From positions 480,001-544,000 of the forward strand of contig CBDANS010000006.1 of assembly GCA_965197745.1 (NCBI GenBank): a DNA stretch of 64,000 bases, read 5' to 3'. Positions 40,496-50,907 of the stretch are shown here, in pieces. The translations under genes and the position numbers were made by a program. The notes under the pieces were generated by a model. It did no database searches, was not told the origin of the DNA, and saw only the letters and a list, made by a program, of their open reading frames with translations. Source of the stretch: Opitutales bacterium. GTDB lineage: Bacteria > Verrucomicrobiota > Verrucomicrobiia > Opitutales > PNEW01. The first letter of the stretch is position 1, and every line of letters starts with the position of its first letter.

Positions 40496-42073
40496 ATGAA
40501 ACTGAAATTATTTTTTATTATTTTTTTATCATTGGCAATATATACCATAGAGTATGGAGCTGGTTTTCTGGAGGCATACTCATTAGCCCAAGGGCAAATG
40601 GCTGGTGAAGTTTCGGATCACAGTGTTATTCTTCAGACACGAATAACTTCATCGAATCCTCTCTTCGATAAATCGTGGTCGGGGATTCCTGGTTTAACCG
40701 GATGGGCTTGTTTTGAAATTTCGACCACTCCAGACTTTAAAGAATCTTTCCGAACGCCATGGATAAAAGCAGTCCCAGATTACGATTATATTGTTAAGAC
40801 AAAAATAACTGACTTGGATCCGGGTAGGCGTTACTACTACCGTGTTATCTACGGTCCGGATACCATAAACACAGGAAAGGGAATGACTTCTAATTTTAAG
40901 ACCCATGGGGGGGGTAAATCCCATGATGAAATTAGTTTTGCCGTCGTTACTGGAATGCACTACTCAAGGTTTCACCACACAGGTCGGGAAAAACAAAGAT
41001 TCCCCCCAGCAGCGGTGAAAAGAAAGATTCCCCCAAGCAGCGGTGAAGATAAACTGCTGGGATATCCAGCTCTCGTCTCTATTTTAAGGCTCAAACCTGA
41101 TTACTTTGTGGGAACGGGCGATAATGTTTATTATGATGGTCCCTTTGTAGGGCGCGCCGAGACGCAGCAGCAGATAAGGAGAAAATATCAGGAACAGTTC
41201 TCACAGCCGAGATTTGTTGATCTCTTTCAGCAAGTGGCAACTTACTGGATGAAAGACGACCACGATTTTCGTTTCAACGATTCCGATCCCATAAACCCCT
41301 ACCTTGTGGAGCGCAATTATAACTTAGACTATTACCCTAAAACCAACATTTATGAACATGTATCCGGTTCTGGATCACTCCCCTCAGCGAAGCTGGGAAT
41401 AAGAATGTTTCAAGAACAACTCCCGGTGGTTGATCCCGAAGAAAGTAATCCAGTAACTTATAGAACATTCAGGGTTAATGATTGGCTTCAGATCTGGTAT
41501 GTCGAAGGTAGAGATTATCGCGATGCTAACGACAGGCCGGATGGCCCAAATAAAAGCATTTGGGGATTAAAACAAATGAATTGGCTTAAAGAAACACTGT
41601 TACAAAGCGATACAGTATTTAAATTCCTCCTCTCTGCCACGCCAATGATCGGTCCCGGTGCCGGCGATGAGAAACGCGATAGCCATGTTAATCCCGGTGG
41701 ATTTCGCTATGAGGGAGAAGCTTTTTTTCGATGGCTTACCGAGAACGGCTTTCGCGATAAAAACTTTTACCTTATCTGTGGAGATCGGCACTGGCAATAT
41801 CACGCCATCCATCCTTCAGGGTTTGAAGAATTCTCCTGTGGCGCATTGGTTGGCGCCAATGCGACCATGGGTTATCTCCCTGGCGATCCAAATTCCTCCG
41901 ATCCCGAAGGTAAAATCAAACAACCCTATCACAATGAAGAACCCACGGGTGGTTTCTTAATCTTAACGGTGAAATCGGGAAAAGGGAAGAAACAGCCCTT
42001 AGCGCGTATCACTTTTTACGATGAAAAGGGAATAGTTTTATATAAAACAGAAAAGGTCGCTGCAAACAACTGA
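40496..42073 (+). CDS. PhoD-family alkaline phosphatase/metallophosphoesterase
   Basis: Signal peptide; GEVSDHSVILQTR, GDNVYYD, DDHD, GDRHWQY. Confidence 0.85.
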   Translation: MKLKLFFIIFLSLAIYTIEYGAGFLEAYSLAQGQMAGEVSDHSVILQTRITSSNPLFDKSWSGIPGLTGWACFEISTTPDFKESFRTPWIKAVPDYDYIVKTKITDLDPGRRYYYRVIYGPDTINTGKGMTSNFKTHGGGKSHDEISFAVVTGMHYSRFHHTGREKQRFPPAAVKRKIPPSSGEDKLLGYPALVSILRLKPDYFVGTGDNVYYDGPFVGRAETQQQIRRKYQEQFSQPRFVDLFQQVATYWMKDDHDFRFNDSDPINPYLVERNYNLDYYPKTNIYEHVSGSGSLPSAKLGIRMFQEQLPVVDPEESNPVTYRTFRVNDWLQIWYVEGRDYRDANDRPDGPNKSIWGLKQMNWLKETLLQSDTVFKFLLSATPMIGPGAGDEKRDSHVNPGGFRYEGEAFFRWLTENGFRDKNFYLICGDRHWQYHAIHPSGFEEFSCGALVGANATMGYLPGDPNSSDPEGKIKQPYHNEEPTGGFLILTVKSGKGKKQPLARITFYDEKGIVLYKTEKVAANN

Positions 42074-42161
42074 AGAGCGAAAATTAAATGGCTTCACCTA
42101 ACGTATTATTGATTTGTGTAGATCATTGGCCTGGTCAATTGCTCGGGATAAGAGGACATCA

Positions 42162-42338
42162 GCGAATTCTTTGATTGATAAGAAACTATGGGAGAACTGG
42201 AATTGTGAGAGAATGGCTCGAAAGCCGGGGATTGAAAGTAACGATGGGCTCTATGTTATTATCTTTCGGTGTGAGCAGAAGAACAGAAGTAAAGCCTACA
42301 GAACTTTGAATAAAATCAAAGAATTCGCAGTCTGACTC
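42162..42338 (+). mobile_element. Element M3 (left end eroded), followed by an extra CTGACCCC at 42353-42360
   Basis: Matches M1 from GCGAATTCTTTGATT to GCAGTCTGAC. Confidence 0.85.
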
Positions 42339-42392
42339 TTTATACGTTTTTACTGACCCCTTTCGACTTTGCGTATTGATTTGAGAAAATCA

Positions 42393-43144
42393 CTAAGTGC
42401 TTTCAGCTAATTCATTTCGTCGCTGTAGAGCTGATTGTTTATCCAGTAATGGCCTTTCTCGACCCATAAGGTGTATCAACCATAACTTTGAACGTTCCAT
42501 CACATGCATCACAGCCCACACGATAGGTAAAAGTGAAGTCGGAGCGGAGATATAACCATATTCACTCATAAGCGGACCTAAAGTACGTTCAACCGACCAA
42601 GCTTCACGAAGAGATAAATTGTTTCGATAAATACCAATGCGTGAAGTTGTCAGTGGCTGTTGAGTTAAACTTTTCCACTCATGTTCAACTCTTAGATAGC
42701 CAGGTTCTGTCCTATTTGTGAATTCCAACATCGTGGGTTCGTAAATCTCATCGAGAAATTCGCAAATACGCTTCAATTCTTCTTCAGGGTGTTTTAACAA
42801 TTTCTCATATTGGACAGTGTGTAAGCGTTGACTTCCTAGCTCTTCCGAAAGATCTGAAAGTTTTTGCAGTGCTTGCTGGCAAAATTCTGCGGCCCTTATA
42901 GCCGATTTAGCGGTCCACCAATATTGACTGCGTAACGAAGCTACCACATCGCGAGGATCTCGATAAATATGAATGAATTTTGCATCAGGAAATAGTTCTA
43001 AAATGCGGTGAGCACATGTACCATAATAAGGTGTATTGTCACCAAACCTTATATTATCACCGCTTTTTGGAGATATCTGTTGTAGTATGTGAAGATAGAT
43101 GTCTCGTGTGGATCGTAATCCGGATCGCACCGCAGTATCAAATC
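42393..43144 (-). pseudogene. Sulfotransferase, 5'-truncated by IS3
   Basis: GDNTP, FPDAKFIHIYRDPRDVVAS, YEKL; N-terminal PAPS-binding motif absent and the frame abuts the IS3 left end. Confidence 0.8.
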
Positions 43145-43904
43145 TGGAGTGACCCCCAAAAATGGTATCATTAACAGAGAGAGGTTATCGGGATAAACAG
43201 ATAACCTCATGAAAAGAAAAAGATACACAACAGAACAGATCATCGCAATACTGCGGCAAGCCGATACCGGAAAAACGGTAGAGGAAATCTGCCGAGGCAA
43301 CAACGTGAGTGAACAGACCTTCTATCGCTGGGGTAAAAAGTATGGCAATTTGGAACTAGCCGATGCGAAGCGATTTAAAGAGCTGGAAAAAGAAAACACC
43401 GAGTTGAAGAAGATGCTCGCTGATCAAATGCTTAAGAATCAGGTAATGGAGGAAACGCTGTCAAAAAAGTGGTGAGCCCCAAGCAGAAGAAGCGAGTAGT
43501 AAAAGATGCGGCTGAGAGAGGGCTGTGCTCGTTGCGAAGGGCTTGTTCCTACCTCAGCCTCAGTTGGTCAACTTTCAGCTACCAGCCCAAGCAGGCCAGT
43601 AAGAAAGCTCAGCGGTTGGCCGAGCGGATTATAACCCTGTCCTGGGAACATCCCTGCTACGGTTACCGGCGCATCCGTGCCTTGCTCGTAAAGGAAGGCT
43701 GGACAACAAACAGGAAGTTTGTTCAGGCGGTACGACGTTCAGAAGGGTTGCAGGTAAAGCCACCTAAAAAGCGTAGACACCGTCAAGGGGTCTCTACGGG
43801 GTCGCCTACTAAAGCAACCGGTCGCAATCACCTTTGGTCCTGGGACTTTGTCCATGATCGCACAGACCATGGCGGTCCATTAAAGATGATGACTCTGATC
43901 GATG

Positions 43905-43947
43905 TACCGAGGAGCTGAAAGCGACGACACTCAAGCGAAGCGAAGCC
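43905..43947 (+). repeat. 43-bp micro-insertion in the IS3 IDEYTRE motif
   Basis: TACCGAGGAGCTGAAAGCGACGACACTCAAGCGAAGCGAAGCC; also at 52672-52714. Confidence 0.85.
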
Positions 43948-44075
43948 ATATACGCGTGAATGTCTGGATATCCGGGTAGCTCGTCAACTCCCCTCATCGG
44001 ATGTCCTCTCTGTGCTTAGCGAGGCCATTGAAAAGGAGGGAGCTCCCAGCTATATCCGTAGTGACAACGGCAGTG

Positions 44076-44107
44076 TTCCGAGGAGCGAAGCGACGACATG
44101 CGAAGCC
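44076..44107 (+). repeat. 32-bp micro-insertion in the IS3 DNGSEF motif
   Basis: TTCCGAGGAGCGAAGCGACGACATGCGAAGCC; also at 52843-52874 and 59719-59750. Confidence 0.88.
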
Positions 44108-44494
44108 ATTCATTGCTCATCAAGTGCAGCAGTCGTTGTCCGACAAAAAGATCAAGGCGATATATATCGATCCGGGCAGTCCCTGGCAAAACGGTTTCAT
44201 CGAGTCGTTTCACAACCGCTTACGCGATGAGTGTTTGAACCGTGAAGTGTTGCTCAGCGTGGCTGAAGCACAAGTTGTAATCGAACAATGGCGCCAGACC
44301 TATAACCATGATCATCCCCACAGTCGATTAGGCTTTAAAAGCCCACAAGAGTTTGTCACATTCCTTTCAGATCCTGGCCGCGTTCGGGCTACGCCCTCAC
44401 TTCGCCAAGATCTCTCATATACATCAATCCTAAAACCATTAATACCCGGGAACTCTCTCACTTAATAATTGGTACGAAAAACGGGGTCCAATCA

Positions 44495-44607
44495 CAAGGA
44501 TTGAAAGTAACGATGGGCTCTATGTTAGTTTCTTTCGGCGTGAGCAGAAGAACAGAAGTAAAGCCTACAGAACTTTGAATAAAATCAAAGAATTCGCAGT
44601 CTGATTC
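44495..44607 (+). mobile_element. Element M4, right part only (left part replaced by IS3)
   Basis: CAAGGATTGAAAGTAACG...GAATTCGCAGTCTGA matches M1. Confidence 0.85.
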
Positions 44608-44665
44608 TTTACGTTTGACCCTAACCCGTGCGCGCACAAACTATATTGTGTGGGAAAGACAAAAT

Positions 44666-45766
44666 TTAGTCTCCCAAGTCAAAAGATGTTTTTAGCTTTT
44701 GCTCTCGTTCAAATCTCTCAATAGCTAGCTGAATAAGTCGATCGATAAGTTCGGTGTAGGATATACCGCTTTCTTGCCACAGGCGCGGATACATACTGAT
44801 TTTTGTGAACCCAGGGATCGTATTTATCTCACTCACAACAAGGTCGCCACTTTCCTTCAAGAAGAAGTCTACTCGACCCAATCCTTCACACTCCAATACC
44901 TGAAAAGTCTTAATTCCCAATTCTTGAATCTTTTTCTTCACTTCCCCCGAGACTTCTGCGGGTATTATTAAAGCCGCTCCATTTTCGTCGATATATTTTG
45001 CTTCGTATGAATAAAATTCATGACTGGTTAGGATCTCGCCAGGAATTGAGGCAATTGGATTTTCATTACCAAGCACGGAGCACTCTATCTCTCGACCGAC
45101 AATAGCTTCTTCTACAAGAATTTTTAAATCGTATTGGAAAGCATCAAAAATAGCTTTTTCAAATTCCTCCTTATCCTTCACTTTGCTCACCCCTACTGAA
45201 GAACCGAGGTTTGCGGGTTTGATAAACACAGGCATGCCGAGTTCCTCACTTACTTTCTCAAAGCTAACGTCGTCGTTTTTCTTAAAAACAAGAAACTTCG
45301 CTACCGGAATTCCAGCACCTCTTAAAAGACGCTTCATTATGTCCTTATCCATGCCGATCGCAGAACCCAACACGCTGGCTCCTACAAAAGGAATATTGGC
45401 AAGCTTGAGAAGTCCTTGCACTGTTCCGTCTTCGCCAAATGGTCCGTGGAGAATCGGAAAAATCACATCTATCAATGTATCTGCTCGGTGCGTAGTGAGA
45501 TTTGAAATCTGACCATCGCTTTGCGGAGTAAGTGCAACATTGTCATATGACTTGTTGAGTTTAATAAGTTTGGGGTTATCACTATTTAGTAAAGGATTTT
45601 GGGTCACGCCGAGGAGCCATCTGCCATTCTTGTTTATGCCAATTGGTACAACCTCATACTTTTCCTTATCAATCGCATCAATGACATTTTTTGCTGACTG
45701 CAAAGACACTTCGTGTTCTGCGGATTTGCCGCCAATAAGTATTCCAACTCGAATTTTCGTTTTCAT
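44666..45766 (-). CDS. ddl: D-alanine--D-alanine ligase
   Basis: GGKSAEHEVSL, LHGPFGEDG, KPANLGSSVG, FYSYEAKY, EINTIPGFT; ATG at 45766 chosen as start. Confidence 0.94.
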   Translation of the reverse strand: MKTKIRVGILIGGKSAEHEVSLQSAKNVIDAIDKEKYEVVPIGINKNGRWLLGVTQNPLLNSDNPKLIKLNKSYDNVALTPQSDGQISNLTTHRADTLIDVIFPILHGPFGEDGTVQGLLKLANIPFVGASVLGSAIGMDKDIMKRLLRGAGIPVAKFLVFKKNDDVSFEKVSEELGMPVFIKPANLGSSVGVSKVKDKEEFEKAIFDAFQYDLKILVEEAIVGREIECSVLGNENPIASIPGEILTSHEFYSYEAKYIDENGAALIIPAEVSGEVKKKIQELGIKTFQVLECEGLGRVDFFLKESGDLVVSEINTIPGFTKISMYPRLWQESGISYTELIDRLIQLAIERFEREQKLKTSFDLGD

Positions 45767-45901
45767 AAGTACTTGGTATTCAAAACTCAAATTTTAACAA
45801 AAGTTATAAAGCTGATAGAGCAATACCTCTACCTGCATAATACTTGAGAAATTTTAAAGTCGATAACTTGTGGTTTTCTTGGGTGTTCAGTTAGTTGATA
45901 A

Positions 45902-45992
45902 GGGGTCAGGCTCGGCATGTGAACTGTCGTCCCGCAGTTTCGGGACTCGGTACTGGCATTTTACTATTTTACCGGAATGCAGGGCCTGACCC
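45902..45992. repeat. REPIN-like element with GGGTCAGGC...GCCTGACCC termini
   Basis: ggggtcaggctcggcat ... atgcagggcctgaccc. Confidence 0.75.
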
Positions 45993-45999
45993 ATTTTAC

Positions 46000-46539
46000 T
46001 TATTTGTAATCTTCGCGCAATATAGAATACACAGCTAGATCTTCATATATTCCATCTTTAATTACCTGTTGTCTTAGCGTTCCCTCATACTTCATGCCAG
46101 ACTTAGACATAACACGACCAGATGCTGGATTTCTTGTGAAATGATGTGCGTGTATTTTGTTCAACTTAATTTTTTCAAATCCATATTGTATCAATGCAAT
46201 CGAAGCTTCAGTCCAATATCCTTTGTTCCAATATTTTCTGCCAATCCAATAACCCAATTCGGCCCGTCTGTGAGAATTATTTATACCTAAACTAATGCAA
46301 CCAATTAAACCGTCGTCTTTATTAGTTATAGCAAATGCAACGCCCTTACCGTTTGCACATTCTGTTTCCAGCATTCCGATCCATTGCTCAGCTATGCCAT
46401 CTTCATAAGGATGAGGAACAGTCAGTGTTGTTGACGCTATCTCTTTGTCTCCAGCTAATTCCTGCACTCGGTTAGCGTCGCTCAAAAGAAATGGTCGAAG
46501 AATCAACCTCGTTGTCTTCAGAATTGGTAAATTACTCAT
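46000..46539 (-). CDS. GNAT acetyltransferase, RimJ/RimL type
   Basis: LKTTRLILRP, AELGYWIG..YWNKGY.TEA, NPASGRV. Confidence 0.92.
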   Translation of the reverse strand: MSNLPILKTTRLILRPFLLSDANRVQELAGDKEIASTTLTVPHPYEDGIAEQWIGMLETECANGKGVAFAITNKDDGLIGCISLGINNSHRRAELGYWIGRKYWNKGYWTEASIALIQYGFEKIKLNKIHAHHFTRNPASGRVMSKSGMKYEGTLRQQVIKDGIYEDLAVYSILREDYK

Positions 46540-46592
46540 GAATTAAGTAACCTAAACTAACATACTGGCAGTTTAAGTATTTTTATTTGGAA

Positions 46593-46650
46593 GGGCTCAG
46601 GCTTCGCAACTCAACATTTTTATTTTTTGCTGAAATGCGAAGCCTGACTT
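46593..46650. repeat. REPIN-like element A1
   Basis: gggctcaggcttcgca ... tgcgaagcctgac; second copy at 50908-50964. Confidence 0.78.
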
Positions 46651-46674
46651 CTTTTGTCTTATTTAAAGTACTTT

Positions 46675-47286
46675 CTATAATGAAGAGCCTGGCCACTGCA
46701 CTCGCCAACACTCACCACTGACTGTGAGTACGAACGGCTTTGCGTGGGGAAGTGGCTTTCCCCACAATGCCGGGCCATTGTGGCAGAGGGTGCTAACGCC
46801 GACTGTCAGACTAGCTACATGACCGACTACGATAGCAAGACTATCGTGGCATCTCGCGCCGATCTCATTGAACACATTCTTCATGCGCAAAGTGACTTCA
46901 TGGCCGGTTTCCCCATCCGTGAGCCGAGCGCTCAGATTCCCATAAACTATCCATTGTCGAAGTATGTCAACTGCCAAGCCCGGTTTTCTCAGCTCGCGAT
47001 CGCTTCCCCCCATTAAGGCCTCGGCTAGGGCCGGGACAACTTCGATCTGCACCCCTAAATACGAAGCGATTATCGCTCCAGTCTGGCTTGAGCGAAGAGC
47101 CTCGCTGACAAAGACCTTCAGTGGCTTCTTCCTCAGCAACCGGTGAGCGGCTTCATTGGCCTGCCGGTGTCCTCGTTGAGTCAACGGAGGATCCAGTAGC
47201 ACGCTACCGCCTACGGTGCCGCGCGATGAATCCCGGATAGGAGGCTCGGACTCTGCGTGTCGGAGGCAAATCAGTTGGGCGTTCAC
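46675..47286 (-). CDS. Histidine phosphatase family protein
   Basis: LRHAES, LTQRGHRQA, S...RS.QT, GE, VVGH. Confidence 0.85.
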   Translation of the reverse strand: MNAQLICLRHAESEPPIRDSSRGTVGGSVLLDPPLTQRGHRQANEAAHRLLRKKPLKVFVSEALRSSQTGAIIASYLGVQIEVVPALAEALMGGSDRELRKPGLAVDILRQWIVYGNLSARLTDGETGHEVTLRMKNVFNEIGARCHDSLAIVVGHVASLTVGVSTLCHNGPALWGKPLPHAKPFVLTVSGECWRVQWPGSSL

Positions 47287-47433
47287 GCAATAGATCCCTT
47301 ACTCACGGAGCCGCTGTTACCGAGAACCTGAGATCGGCGGCTCGTGCTCCGAGATGTCAATGACCGCGGGGGTGTTGCCGGTGGCCTGTATTCCCTCGGC
47401 GGCGCGCTTGTCACGTTGGCCACGTCAACCTCG

Positions 47434-49002
47434 TTAGACTTCGTCTTTGCCCATTTGTTCAACAATGTACTCGGCTTGCCGGATAGCAAGAGTCACAATC
47501 GTTAACGTAGGGTTTTCTCCCCCTCCCGTAGTAAATTGGCTGCCATCCGAGATGAACAAATTAGCAATGTCGTGTGCCTGCCCCCATTTGTTCACCACAC
47601 CGTCGCTAGGCTTCTCGCTCATGCGATTAGTTCCCAGGTTATGGGTTGAGGGATAGGGTGGTGTCTCAATGGTGCGTATGGCGCCTACTGCTTCGTACAG
47701 CGCACAGCCCTGTTTATACGCATGGTTTCGCATAGCCAGGTCGTTGGCGTGATCGTCATAGTGGACGTTGGGGATAGGTAAACCAAACTGGTCTTTCTCG
47801 CTGGGGTGAAGCGTTATCCGATTGTTTTCCCGCGGCATATCCTCGCCGATTAACCATATCCCCGCCATGTGATCATACTGATCTATGAGCTCGGTGAACT
47901 CACGGCCCCATGCCCCAGGGTTAAGGAAAGCAGCCAAGAAGGGTAGACCCAGGGAGATGGTTTCGATGTGATACCCGCCCACAAAACCACGGGACGGATC
48001 ATTGCGGGATTCGTCCTCGACAATGCCGGCCATGGTTGTGCCGCGGTACATGTTGACCTCTTTGTCAAAGATGGCATAGACCGATCCGGTCATATGGCGC
48101 ATATAATTCCGCCCTACCTGTCCAGACGAGTTAGCTAGGCCATCCGGGAACTTATTCGAGGCAGAGTTGAGAAGCAGGCGAGGGCTTTCAATCGAGTTGC
48201 CAGCAACGCAAACCACACGGGCCTTCTGCTCAACCTGGTTACCGTCTTTGTCCGCATAGAGCACGCCAGAGACCTTACCCTGGTCGTTGTGAAGAATTTG
48301 CAGCGCTTGGCTCTGGGGCCGTAAATCGAGCTTGCCGGTGGATTCAGCCTTGGGAATTTCCGTATACAGGGTTGACCACTTGGCGCCCATCTTGCAGCCC
48401 TGGAAGCAGAAACCCAACTGCATACACGAGCTGCGTCCGTCACGCGGTTGAGAGTTAATGGCCATATTGCCGGTATGAACCTTTTTGTAACCCAGACGCT
48501 TGGCGCCAGCGGCCAATACCTTATAATTGTTACTGCCGGGTAAGCGGGGGATGCCATGGGTTCCGGTAACGCCCAGCTTATTCTCGGCTCGGTCATAATA
48601 GGGTTCCAGGTCAGCCAGACTGATGGGCCAGTCAAGCAAGGTTGCACCCGCGACGTTGCTATAAGCGGTCCGGGCTTTGAACTCATGTTCTTTAAAACGT
48701 AAGGAAGCGCCCGCCCAGTGAACCGTGGTTCCCCCAACGGCTTTGACAATCCAGGCTGGCAGGTTAGGAAAATCCTTGGCCACACGCCAGGAGCCCGAGG
48801 TTGTTCGCTTGTCAAGCCAGGCGGTCTTGTTAAACATCTGCCACTCGTCATTGTCAAAATCCTTTATTTCAATGCGCTTGCCCGCCTCAAGAAGAACTAC
48901 GTTGACCCCCTTCTGGCATAGCTCATTGGCTAGGGTCCCACCGCCAGCACCAGAGCCAATAATGACAACAACGCTGTCATCCTTAAGATCATATTGGGCC
49001 AT
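47434..49002 (-). CDS. GMC-family FAD oxidoreductase
   Basis: IIGSGAGGG, VGGTTVHW, HNLGTNRM, NPTLTI. Confidence 0.93.
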   Translation of the reverse strand: MAQYDLKDDSVVVIIGSGAGGGTLANELCQKGVNVVLLEAGKRIEIKDFDNDEWQMFNKTAWLDKRTTSGSWRVAKDFPNLPAWIVKAVGGTTVHWAGASLRFKEHEFKARTAYSNVAGATLLDWPISLADLEPYYDRAENKLGVTGTHGIPRLPGSNNYKVLAAGAKRLGYKKVHTGNMAINSQPRDGRSSCMQLGFCFQGCKMGAKWSTLYTEIPKAESTGKLDLRPQSQALQILHNDQGKVSGVLYADKDGNQVEQKARVVCVAGNSIESPRLLLNSASNKFPDGLANSSGQVGRNYMRHMTGSVYAIFDKEVNMYRGTTMAGIVEDESRNDPSRGFVGGYHIETISLGLPFLAAFLNPGAWGREFTELIDQYDHMAGIWLIGEDMPRENNRITLHPSEKDQFGLPIPNVHYDDHANDLAMRNHAYKQGCALYEAVGAIRTIETPPYPSTHNLGTNRMSEKPSDGVVNKWGQAHDIANLFISDGSQFTTGGGENPTLTIVTLAIRQAEYIVEQMGKDEV

Positions 49003-49016
49003 GGCTCACTCCCCTC

Positions 49017-49544
49017 CTATTCTTCTGGTAACCACCCTATATCGTTAAAACCGCGGTTAAAGTATCCGCCAAACTTCCACGAAGGACCCTCATAGCCAAA
49101 GTGCCGCCACACCAACGGTTGATTGTAGAGCCCGGTAATAATGGACCCCCGCACGGTCTGGAAAAACGGCGTGGTATCCATGCTTTGTAAAGCCTTGAGT
49201 TTGTAACCACCACTTATGTCCAACCACTTCACCTGGTATACGGAGTCCAGTGAGGCTACGCCGTTCTTCAGTAACTTGGCTAAATCAGGGTCGGCTTTTG
49301 CCTTCTCATCAAACCCCTCGACAATTTTGGCGTAGTAGGCGTCGCCAATTTCGTCGTGCGGGTAGAGGTAACGGCATACTGTTATCAGAGTGGCTGCGGT
49401 ATGCTTGTCCAGGGTTGTTGAGGGTATGGCCCAAGCCTTGCTGGGATCCAATAGCACCCCCGTACTGCCAGCAACAGCCGCGCCGGTGACAGCAAGACTA
49501 CTTGTCTGCAAAAATTGACGGCGATTCATGCCCTTCTTACTCAT
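49017..49544 (-). CDS. Tat-exported partner subunit (gluconate 2-dehydrogenase subunit 3-like)
   Basis: NRRQFL Tat motif; C-terminal VWRHFGYEG...GF.DI.WL; adjacent to the GMC gene. Confidence 0.82.
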   Translation of the reverse strand: MSKKGMNRRQFLQTSSLAVTGAAVAGSTGVLLDPSKAWAIPSTTLDKHTAATLITVCRYLYPHDEIGDAYYAKIVEGFDEKAKADPDLAKLLKNGVASLDSVYQVKWLDISGGYKLKALQSMDTTPFFQTVRGSIITGLYNQPLVWRHFGYEGPSWKFGGYFNRGFNDIGWLPEE

Positions 49545-49553
49545 TGATGAACC

Positions 49554-49666
49554 TGGTCGGACCTCGTTATTCGTACCAATTATTAAGTGAGAGAGTTACC
49601 GGGTGTTAATGGTTTTAGGATTGATGTATATGAGAGATATTGGCGAAGTGAAGGTGTAGCCCGAAC
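49554..49666 (-). mobile_element. Isolated right-end fragment of the IS3 element
   Basis: Reverse complement matches the last ~113 bp of 43145-44494. Confidence 0.85.
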
Positions 49667-49868
49667 TGTTGTAGAATTGCTCAATGTCTGAAATGTCGTC
49701 GCTCATGGATGTATTCAAATGCCAAGATATACCAACAGGCTTTTAAGATTGCCTACGCTACTTAGATATAAAGTCAAAAGGTTAAAATCGCAAATGCCCC
49801 TACAGCTTAGCATTGTCGAGCGTCAGATCGCGATGAGAGCGTTTTGATGGGTTGGGGCAGGAGTGACC

Positions 49869-50639
49869 TTAGAAATAGGTGTTAGTATCAAGTCCCATAT
49901 CACGATGCTGCTTCTTAGCGGCTTCAGCTTGTCGTCTCTTCGCTTCCTCGTCAACTCTACAACTCACGCCTTCGAAATTCATGGCAAAAGCTCGACGATG
50001 TCGGGTTGCTGAACGGTTCGGATCTGCACGGTGAATGATTTCTCCATGATGGACGACGGCATCACCCGGTTGCATTTGTACAACCACCTCCATCCCTTCA
50101 TCTTTAAGGCCGTAATCAGTGATGCCCTGAGAAAAACCAAGGATCGATGTCACTGCATGCGGTCGAATACCGAGAAGGTGAGAGCCGGGGATGTAGCGTA
50201 AACACCCATTCTCTTCTTCAACAGGGTCAATGGCCATCCAGACCGAAGCAACATTAGGGGGATTAAGCTTAAAATAATAGTTATCCTGATGAGGTGGTGT
50301 GCGATGATCTGTTTTTGGCGGTTTGTTAAACCACAAGGGTCCCTCCGTATGGGCTTCCTCACCAATCAAGGTACTGGCAAGTTTATTCCACTTGGAATGG
50401 CTCCGGTACTCCTCGAAGTACGGTTCAAATTTTGCCATGTGCTCCATTTGCTTCAGGGTCTCGGGCTGTGACTTGTCCTGGTAAAAGGCGACTGTGTCTG
50501 GAACTGATGGTACCACCTCGCGGATAAAGCGCTCGACAATCTCGAACAGCGGCTCGTATTCATCTGGCGAAAGAAAGTTTCGCACTACAGCAAATCCATC
50601 ACGATCGTAGTTCTCTTTATATTGCGTATAATCGTCCAT
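49869..50639 (-). CDS. Phytanoyl-CoA dioxygenase (PhyH) family protein
   Basis: TPPHQD, ENGCLRYIPGSH, HHGEIIHR...NRS...R. Confidence 0.92.
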   Translation of the reverse strand: MDDYTQYKENYDRDGFAVVRNFLSPDEYEPLFEIVERFIREVVPSVPDTVAFYQDKSQPETLKQMEHMAKFEPYFEEYRSHSKWNKLASTLIGEEAHTEGPLWFNKPPKTDHRTPPHQDNYYFKLNPPNVASVWMAIDPVEEENGCLRYIPGSHLLGIRPHAVTSILGFSQGITDYGLKDEGMEVVVQMQPGDAVVHHGEIIHRADPNRSATRHRRAFAMNFEGVSCRVDEEAKRRQAEAAKKQHRDMGLDTNTYF

Positions 50640-50818
50640 TTCTAGTCCTGCTTATTTTTATCAATCTTTAACTGCCAATAAGAAAGCCGGTATCCAGAGG
50701 TGGATCTCATAGCGCACAAAAATTAGAGTCAATAGTATTACCTCTACGCAGTGGAGGAGATTTTTCTCCGAGGGGAATCAGTATCAGTAATAGTCCTGGC
50801 AGAGGACAGTAATCTCGA

Positions 50819-50897
50819 GTGCCGCGCGATGAATCCCAGATAGGAGGCTCGGACTCTGCGTGTCGGAGGCAAATCAGTTGGGCGTTCACGCAATAGA
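50819..50897 (-). repeat. 79-bp duplicate of the 5' end of the histidine phosphatase gene (47216-47294)
   Basis: One mismatch in 79 bp by direct comparison. Confidence 0.9.
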
Positions 50898-50907
50898 GGA
50901 GTCTAAA

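Larger units (their letters stand above)
43145..44494 (+). mobile_element. IS3-family element copy 1 (orfA 43209-43475; orfB interrupted by two micro-insertions)
   Basis: TG...CA imperfect IRs, A6G slippery site, WSWDF / SDNG / PWQNGFIESF motifs. Confidence 0.92.

Noticed and set aside
37352..44607. Repeated 187-bp units as a CRISPR array
   Set aside because: Repeats are far too long, spacers are gene-sized, and no cas genes are present.
44666..45766. Vancomycin-resistance (VanA-type) ligase
   Set aside because: D-Ala-D-Ala-type omega loop and no vanH, vanX or vanRS neighbours.
46635..46644. ATGCGAAGCC shared between element A1 and the 32-bp IS3 insert as proof of common origin
   Set aside because: Only a 10-bp match centred on a common mini-hairpin motif; suggestive but insufficient.
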